A DNA stretch of 64,000 nucleotides from assembly GCA_045565775.1 (NCBI GenBank), contig JBJLES010000008.1, positions 177,408-241,407 on the forward strand, given 5' to 3'. This document shows, in pieces, positions 57,733 to 64,000 of the stretch. The DNA is from Pseudohongiellaceae bacterium. Its GTDB lineage: Bacteria > Pseudomonadota > Gammaproteobacteria > Pseudomonadales > Pseudohongiellaceae. The position numbers and the translations under genes were made by a program. The notes under the pieces are model-generated. The model did no database searches and was not told the DNA's origin. It saw only the letters and a program-made list of their open reading frames with translations. Every line of letters begins with the position of its first letter. The stretch's first letter is position 1.

Positions 57733-58766
57733 TTCGTGGATTGTTCTTTTTCAGCTCTTCTGGCGCCAGCCAAGATTCCTGGCATTGAGTAGTTTCCTTC
57801 ATGGCAAGCGTACTCATAAATCCTTCCTTCTAGCGGATAAAAACTGAGCTCAGCTGTCCATGCCTCGCGGTACAGGTCTGCGTCTTCGACCGTAAACTGG
57901 TATACGATTTCGTCAGTCGAGGAGCGAGTGAATCTCTCGATGATTCTCCCGTTAGGGGAGATTGGTATTGGGCTTTGGCTCATTTGTAATTTATTGATGT
58001 TAATAGTTTCTACTACTAGCGTAGATTCTTCATACCAACCAACGGAATCACCAAGCCACTGGTTTAGAGTGGAGGGACGATGATTTTTAGACGCCTCTTC
58101 CTTGGAGTCGAATAATGGGATAATTCGGGTGTCATGCACCATTTCAACCATTATCATGAGGTAGTCGTCAGTCTGAACAAATTGATAGCTGCTGTTGTAG
58201 AGCGTTCCCATCATGCCCGGGCCCGCTGTGTTTCCAAACCCTATTAAGCAGCGTTCCGCTATCGGGATAGCCTCTGGCCCAGATGCGTCTGCAACGCCTG
58301 TAACATAGCGGGCTCCAAATTGAGGTCGTTTTAGATCGTATTTTGGGTTTTCCAAAAACGGTATAGAACCGCTTTCAGGGCTTGTAATGTAGGAAGTTCG
58401 AAACTCCCCTTCAACTCTGGCGAGAGTAGAGCCAGGGTCGGTCCAGAATAAGTTGTATCCCCGTAAGCCAAAATCATTAGAGCCAGCGGGGGGTGCGCCC
58501 GTTTCCGGATCAATGGAGGGACCGTTTTCGATATTTTCCCTCGAAATACCAGCAATCGACAGATTTCTGACGATTTCCTGCGCTTGTGATGCGGATACGA
58601 CTAATTCTGTACCCCGCGGGCGAGTTAAGGAGGTGCGAGAGGCATTTGACCAAATCCCGGTCAAATTAGGGTGCTCGTCGATCTGCGCTAAAGATATATG
58701 CTGATGGCTAAGCAATACTAGCCCAAACATAAGAACGGGAGCGGATATAGGTTTTAACGATGGCAC
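57729..58766 (-). CDS. Secreted protein of the uncharacterised 'GIW...EYxCxE' family (paralogue of 37450-38253)
   Basis: A signal peptide, then NLTGIW, ERCLIGFG, WLGDSVGWYEESTLVVET, YQFTVEDADLYREAW and YEYACHEGNY, colinear with the blocks in 37450-38253. Confidence 0.6.
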   Translation of the reverse strand: MPSLKPISAPVLMFGLVLLSHQHISLAQIDEHPNLTGIWSNASRTSLTRPRGTELVVSASQAQEIVRNLSIAGISRENIENGPSIDPETGAPPAGSNDFGLRGYNLFWTDPGSTLARVEGEFRTSYITSPESGSIPFLENPKYDLKRPQFGARYVTGVADASGPEAIPIAERCLIGFGNTAGPGMMGTLYNSSYQFVQTDDYLMIMVEMVHDTRIIPLFDSKEEASKNHRPSTLNQWLGDSVGWYEESTLVVETININKLQMSQSPIPISPNGRIIERFTRSSTDEIVYQFTVEDADLYREAWTAELSFYPLEGRIYEYACHEGNYSMPGILAGARRAEKEQSTN

Positions 58767-58865
58767 AGCTAGACTCCTTTAAAATTCCTTAATAATGACA
58801 TTCGATACACAGGTGCTACGTTATAAATATAAATCCCTCGCGAACGCCGAGCAACTTTGCATTAA

Positions 58866-59366
58866 TCAGATTATATGGCCAACCCACCGTCCGGCCAACA
58901 TTACTCCGGCCCATAGAAAAAGAGAAAGGCTACCAACTATTTTCAGCTGGATAGAGGGGGCAGTGGTTGACTCATAGTGCTCTACATTCTTATAAAGTTT
59001 GAAGTGAAAGTAAGCCATGTTTAAGCCTGCTAGCATGAGCAAAATAATTTTTGATTGAAATGCGGGGTTTAAGACATGAGACGCTGCTCTAGTGATAAAC
59101 ATGCCAACTCCTGTGACAGACGCAATAGCGAAAGCTCCCCAAGCCCAGGGTAGTGATTCTCTACTCATAGTTTTTATCGGATATTGAATCGCTGCAACTC
59201 CCAAGAGCCTTAGGTCTACCCAGAGTATGCTGCCCACCACCATGGCTGCAGCAATTACGTGAATTGACTCGAGCAAAGGGAACCAGTTGGTGCCGCCAAT
59301 AGTCCAAGATATCGTCCATTCTTCAACATCAAGCCAAATTGTAGAGTTAAGAAAACTGGAAATCAT
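58866..59366 (-). CDS. Four-helix membrane protein, type-1 member of the paired module
   Basis: Motifs ESIHVI, DLRLLG, NPAFQSKIILLMLAGLN and AGRWVGH. Confidence 0.65.
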   Translation of the reverse strand: MISSFLNSTIWLDVEEWTISWTIGGTNWFPLLESIHVIAAAMVVGSILWVDLRLLGVAAIQYPIKTMSRESLPWAWGAFAIASVTGVGMFITRAASHVLNPAFQSKIILLMLAGLNMAYFHFKLYKNVEHYESTTAPSIQLKIVGSLSLFLWAGVMLAGRWVGHII

Positions 59367-59438
59367 TATGCCCTTGTTTAATATGTGGAATAAAAAGTAT
59401 CAGCGATATTCTTAAATAACTTTGTGAGTGGGAGATCG

Positions 59439-59978
59439 TCAAAAACTCCAAATCGGATATTGTAGATGTTCAAGATAAGCTATCCATCGACCTGCAAAAC
59501 TAACCATTAGCCATAGTCCAAGAGAGACGATGGCTAATGTTCTGCCGGACCATTTATTTTTCTCCTGCTCCCAGTAACCGGCTGTCTTTTTGTGCATTAT
59601 CATAAAATAGATCAATAAAGAGACAGCGGCCAGCAGGAAAAGCATCTTCCAAGCAAAGACAGGATTATTAAAGTATCTGGCAGGCCTTCCAAAAACAAAA
59701 AACGATCCCGAAATAACATTGCTTATCAACGCGGTATAAAGTAATGGTGCGATACGCGCAGTCATTTCGGTAATGTTTTGCGACGGGACGGCTACACCCA
59801 ATATTCTTAAATTTAATAGTACTGCAGTACCCATGACCGCTGCTATACCGAGAATGTGCACTGTCTGTATAATCGGCGGAAAACCAGGCACGTTAGTAAG
59901 GACCCAAAGTGCCCCTGCCTGCAGGACAGATCCTGTTAGCAGGTCGCCGATACCGATGAAAAAATCTGGCAAATTCAT
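59439..59978 (-). CDS. Four-helix membrane protein, type-2 member of the paired module
   Basis: Motifs QTVHIL, NLRILG, NPVFAWKML and AGRWIAY. Confidence 0.65.
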   Translation of the reverse strand: MNLPDFFIGIGDLLTGSVLQAGALWVLTNVPGFPPIIQTVHILGIAAVMGTAVLLNLRILGVAVPSQNITEMTARIAPLLYTALISNVISGSFFVFGRPARYFNNPVFAWKMLFLLAAVSLLIYFMIMHKKTAGYWEQEKNKWSGRTLAIVSLGLWLMVSFAGRWIAYLEHLQYPIWSF

Positions 59979-60015
59979 TCTCCTTGGTTATCTTTGTCGG
60001 CCAATCTAAATCTAG

Positions 60016-61697
60016 TTACAGGTATTTGTCCGTAACCGCACCCTCCGAGGCGGAAGCCACTGATGCAGCATATTTTGCTAATACTCCGCGAGTGTAGCGT
60101 GATGGTGGCTTTTCCCATAGAGCCAACCGTGCGTCTATCTCCTCGCTACTCAGCTTAAGTGTAATTTCATTTGATTCAGCATTAATTGATATGACGTCAC
60201 CATCCTTAACAATGGCTATAGGGCCGCCCTCATAGGCCTCAGGTGTCATGTGTCCCACTACGAAACCATGTGAGCCGCCCGAGAATCTTCCATCTGTAAT
60301 AAGTGCTACTTCTGCCCCTAAGCCCTTACCCATAATGGCCGAAGTAGGTGATAGCATTTCTCTCATTCCGGGAGCCCCCTTTGGGGCCTTCATAACGGAT
60401 AACGAGGACGTCACCCTTTTTTACCGTACCATTCAGGATGCCTTTCAGGCATTCCTCTTCTGAGTCGAAAACTCGGGCGTTACCCGTAAATGATAAGCCC
60501 TCTTTTCCGGTAATCTTTGCAACGGCACCAGTTGGTGCGAGATTTCCTTTCAAGACTACAAGGTGAGAGTCCTTCTTTATTGGGTTATTGAAGTTTCTGA
60601 TGATGTCTTGATCGCTTGGGTAAGCCTTAACATTAGCAAGATTCTCCTTCAGTGTCTTTCCCGTTACCGTCAGGCAACTGCCATCCAGCATTTCAGCCTC
60701 TAGCATTTCTTTCATCAAAGGCTGAATTCCGCCTATTTTAATTAGTTCCGACATGAGGTATTTGCCGCTAGGTTTAAGGTCCGCAACCATCGGAATTGTC
60801 TTACCAATACGGGTGAAATCATCAAGCTCTAGTTCGACATTCATGGTGTGAGCCATCGCGAGCAAGTGTAAAACCGCATTGGTGGATCCACCTAGGGCAA
60901 TTATGACCTTAATAGCATTTTCAAAAGCAGGCCGAGTCATTATGTCAGAGGGTTTTATATCACGCTCAACTAGGTTCATTATAGCTTCGCCCTGAGTTAA
61001 CGCAGTCATCAACTTTTGCTTGAGAAATTGCATCTTGAGCTGAGCTATTGGGTAAGCTCATACCCAACGCCTCTATAGCCGACGCCATGGTGTTCGCTGT
61101 GTACATTCCGCCGCACGAGCCCGGTCCGGGGATTGCGGTATCTTCGATTTGCTTGAGTTGAATATCTGAAATAGAACCAGCCGAGTGGGCTCCGACTGCT
61201 TCAAAGACAGAAATGATATTCGTATGATTAGGGCCGGGTTGTATAGTGCCACCGTACACAAATATCGAGGGGCGGTTTAATCTGGATAATCCCATCATCA
61301 GGCCGGGCATATTTTTGTCACAACCACCGATTGCGATGATGGCATCATGCCCCATGCAACCTGAGACTGTCTCAACACTGTCCGCTATTACTTCTCTTGA
61401 TACAAGAGAGTATTTCATGCCTTCTGTGCCCATAGAAATCCCATCGGAAATCGTAATGGCGTTATAGATAATTCCTTTACCTCCAGCGCTGTCTGTTGCT
61501 CGATTGACCTGTTCCGCAAGCTTGTCTATATGCATATTGCATGGTGTAACCATGCTCCATGTGGAGCAGATTCCAATCTGTGGCTTCTTAAAATCATCAT
61601 CATCAAAGCCGACCGCGCGGAGCATAGAGCGACTTGGCGCCTGTTCGACGCCATCTACTACAATACTTGAATGCTTGCGTAAGTTTTTGTTATTCAT
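60016..61697 (-). pseudogene. ilvD: Dihydroxy-acid dehydratase with the reading frame interrupted twice
   Basis: Three overlapping ORFs (60966-61697, 60326-61033, 60016-60414) are colinear with IlvD. Break 1 is at the T4 run 61014-61017 (QAK then LMTALTQ). Break 2 is at the C5 run 60375-60379 (YEGPKG then APGMREML). Total length is 3n+2, consistent with two inserted bases. Confidence 0.9.
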
Positions 61698-61841
61698 GGC
61701 TATTCCATACAGTTTTAAGACAGGTCAGGAAATGACCTATGGTACTTTAAATCATTTGTGTCTTTGAAACGAAAGAGTTTTTGATTACGTTATAATAGGC
61801 AATCGAAAACAAGGGCGATACTATACACAAAAATTGTCCCT

Positions 61842-62348
61842 ATGTGTGCTAGCGAGAGCATCCGTATCTTGTCCACCTATTACTATTATTACGAATCGCT
61901 AGTCGGAGAACTTCTTTTAGTGAGCGACGGAGCGAATTTGAATGGAATTGGTCTCCCACATGGCAAAATGAAGCGCCAGCACGAGTTGAGTTGGGTTAAT
62001 GATATACAGCCTTTCAAAAAACCCATCGCTCAGCTTGAAGCGTATTTCAGAGGTGAAAGAAAGAGCTTTGACCTTGCCGTTTCTTTATCGGGAACTTCTT
62101 TCCAGACTTCAGTATGGAAAGCTCTGAAGAAAATCCCTTATGGTAAAACGTGGTCTTATAGAGAGGTCGCCGGCTATATCGGCAGACCTCGAGCGAGCCG
62201 CGCCGTAGGCTCGGCAAATGGCCTAAATCCGATTCCAATTATTATTCCATGCCATAGAGTAATCGGAAGTAATGGAAGTCTCGCTGGGTTTGGTGGGGGT
62301 GTGAGATTAAAAAAGTCACTGCTGGATCTTGAGGCGAGAAATAGTTAG
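61842..62348 (+). CDS. ogt: Methylated-DNA--protein-cysteine methyltransferase
   Basis: The active-site motif IPCHRV together with YGKTWSYREVA and SRAVGSANGLNP. Confidence 0.9.
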   Translation: MCASESIRILSTYYYYYESLVGELLLVSDGANLNGIGLPHGKMKRQHELSWVNDIQPFKKPIAQLEAYFRGERKSFDLAVSLSGTSFQTSVWKALKKIPYGKTWSYREVAGYIGRPRASRAVGSANGLNPIPIIIPCHRVIGSNGSLAGFGGGVRLKKSLLDLEARNS

Positions 62349-62502
62349 TTCTGCAGAGCAAGCCTGGAATAGCAGAGTGCTAGGATTCTTAAAATATATT
62401 GAACAGTTATTCGTGCTTATTCGTTCAGGTTGTTTCGATTCTCCTCGCTGGTATAGTAATCGAAAGTCCCCTGTATTTTTAAAAAAATTTTGAGAAAAGG
62501 CT

Positions 62503-63478
62503 GTGCTAAGTAGTCAACAACAAATCATATCTTTCGTAAAAACCCATCTGCACAATGAGAAACCGGTCTGGTTGTGCACGATCTTAAAAACATGGGGTTC
62601 ATCGCCAAGGCCAATAGGGGCTATGATGGCATGCACCCTCGAGGGGGGAAATAGTAGGTTCAATATCAGGCGGCTGTATTGAGGAGGATTTCTTAAAACA
62701 ACTCCAAGAAGGGAAGTTGAAGGATTTGTACCATAAACAACGAAAACCATTTACTGTCGTTTATGGAGAAACCGAGGCAGAGCAGGCGAGACTGAAGCTA
62801 CCTTGCGGTGGTCAACTTCATGTTCTGTTGGAGCTTTTAGCACCGACTGCGTTGAATGTTGATATCTTTGAACAACTCAACGGTGCATTAGAAGACCACA
62901 GGAGAGTTAGCCGAATTGTTAACCTAGAAAATGGGTCAGTTTCTGTAGCTGATCAGGCGGGTGAGAATGCGGTGACAATTGATCAGCAAACATTGACTCA
63001 TAGCTTAAGCCCTATGTATAAGTTGTTACTTCTGGGTGCCGGCGACGTTGCAAAGTACGTTGCGGAAATGGCTATTGCATTGGAATATGATGTTACGCTG
63101 TGTGATCCTAGGGAAAACTATCTGGATAACTGGCGAGTCCAGGGTGTGGAAACCACGCCGCGTCTTCCAGACGATGTCGTTAGAGAGTCTTTCAATAATC
63201 CGTATAGTGGAGTCATTGCTCTTGCGCACGACCCGAGGGTAGATGACATGGCTTTGATGGAGGCTTTAAAGACTGAAGCTTTCTACGTCGGTGCTATGGG
63301 GTCTGAAAGAACATCTGCGGCAAGAAGAGAGCGTTTGCCGGAACTCGGATTAACAAAGGATGAGATCGATTCGCTTTATGCGCCTATCGGGCTTGAGATT
63401 GAGAGTAAAACTCCTGCAGAAATCGCGATTTCAATTATGGCCGAAGTCACCGCCGTGCGTCACGGGATCAAAACCTAG
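62503..63478 (+). pseudogene. XdhC/CoxI-family accessory protein with an interrupted reading frame (one extra base)
   Basis: A GTG-initiated 59-codon N-terminal ORF (LCTILKTWGSSPRPIGAMMACTLEGG) stops at 62680-62682. The other frame continues IVGSISGGCIEEDF into ORF 62717-63478 (LLLGAGDVAKYVAEMA Rossmann-like). The break is at the G6 run 62643-62648, and length is 3n+1. Confidence 0.75.
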
Positions 63479-63549
63479 CGGAATGCCAAATAATTTTTCT
63501 AAGCATGTGCGCTAAAAAATTTGGGGCTCGTTGGGATATTGAAGAGCCA

Positions 63550-63581
63550 AAGGCCCACCCGACTGTAGGGCGGGCCTTTTT
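63550..63581. terminator. Rho-independent terminator between convergent genes
   Basis: AAGGCCCACCC-GACTGTA-GGGCGGGCCTTTTT has a GC-rich stem with one mismatch, followed by a T5 tract. Confidence 0.7.
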
Positions 63582-63597
63582 CTGTGACCGCCTTTTA

Positions 63598-63999
63598 CTA
63601 TTGAAAAAGTTCCGCTAGAGTAGCTTTTTCAGTATCACTGGCTGTGTGATTAATGCCGGCGATAATTCCAGCGAGTTGTTTTGCATAGTCTGGAGCCTGC
63701 GCGTTCTCTTGGATGCGCGCCATTGCCGCCTTACCTTGATCATTCGCACTATGACTAATGTTGGAAACAGTCCTGGCCATTGCTCTTACGCCCTGGGCAA
63801 GGTTATCGTTTCCAGCAATTTCAGAGAGAGTAGCCTTGTCTGCATCCGAGGGGAAGTGATTTAGTGAGGCAACGATGCCAGCTATTGTTTTAAGTGCCGC
63901 GCCATTTTCTCCGCTTTGAGCGATGGCTGCGGCAGAGAATAACCCTATGCAGGTTGAGACTAATATTGAGGTACTAATTAATCGTAATAATATTTTCAT
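63598..63999 (-). CDS. Small secreted protein with three His-containing helical repeats, hypothetical
   Basis: A signal peptide (AAAIAQ) followed by three roughly 33-aa repeats, each with [LI]-[NS]-H-x-[PA]-[SN]-D-x2-KA (SLNHFPSDADKATL, NISHSANDQGKAAM, GINHTASDTEKATL). Confidence 0.5.
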   Translation of the reverse strand: MKILLRLISTSILVSTCIGLFSAAAIAQSGENGAALKTIAGIVASLNHFPSDADKATLSEIAGNDNLAQGVRAMARTVSNISHSANDQGKAAMARIQENAQAPDYAKQLAGIIAGINHTASDTEKATLAELFQ

Positions 64000-64000
64000 G

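Noticed and set aside
60370-61020. Programmed ribosomal frameshifting or phase variation as the explanation for the homopolymer breaks
   Set aside because: No slippery heptamer plus downstream structure was seen. The runs are short (3-6 nt), and the affected genes are housekeeping or metabolic rather than surface or contingency loci. Sequencing error or simple decay is more parsimonious, but this cannot be excluded without reads.
60326-61033. Treating the three ilvD pieces (and the two pieces each of the amidohydrolase, the PQQ-ADH and xdhC) as independent genes
   Set aside because: Each set is colinear with a single well-known protein. Each is joined exactly by a one-base change in a homopolymer.
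62514-62750. A 78-aa minus-strand ORF
   Set aside because: It lies antisense to the N-terminal part of the frameshifted xdhC gene, whose plus-strand translation carries conserved XdhC motifs.
1-64000. Search for CRISPR arrays, transposases, integrases, phage genes, tRNA/rRNA genes and long DNA repeats
   Set aside because: No ORF has recognisable mobile-element or defence motifs. The intergenic regions are short, AT-rich and show no tRNA-like or repeat-spacer structure. The three paralogous modules are similar only at protein level, so no nucleotide repeats were seen.

Overview
This window looks like ordinary chromosome from a moderately AT-rich, probably marine, aerobic gammaproteobacterium; the taxon is inferred from gene content only. 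I found no rRNA, tRNA, CRISPR array, transposase, integrase or phage gene. All family calls come from motifs I read in the supplied translations, since no search could be run. Recognisable content, left to right:
- Na+-translocating oxaloacetate decarboxylase oadGAB, then cysE.
- An iron block (feoAB, bfd, bfr).
- A phosphate block (ppx, ppk1, and phoR with no adjacent phoB, plus a Pho-box-like repeat).
- A fatty-acid and redox block (MDR reductase, two SDRs, acyl-CoA dehydrogenase).
- A tightly coupled four-gene operon: GT2, nucleosidase-like protein, SPL-type radical SAM, SDR.
- copCD plus two non-canonical CopC-like proteins.
- A cytochrome c fused to a His-rich copper-monooxygenase-like domain, and a stray SURF1.
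- M20 peptidase, periplasmic chorismate mutase, sulfatase.
- FO synthase (fbiC) followed by three membrane-lipid-type genes.
- Two PQQ dehydrogenases, a dihaem cytochrome c and a Tat-exported flavoprotein.
- ilvD, ogt, xdhC.
The best candidate for an undescribed system is a module present three times (404-1796, 36196-38253, 57418-59978). It is a pair of related four-helix membrane proteins, each with one conserved histidine and a CopD-like K...N helix. In two of the three copies it is joined by a secreted protein family carrying GIW and EYxCxE motifs. The copies sit next to SURF1 or next to a cytochrome c and PQQ-dehydrogenase pair.
A second notable pattern is five reading-frame breaks, all at short homopolymer runs and all in the last 16 kb (amidohydrolase, PQQ alcohol dehydrogenase, ilvD twice, xdhC). 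I saw none in the first 47 kb.
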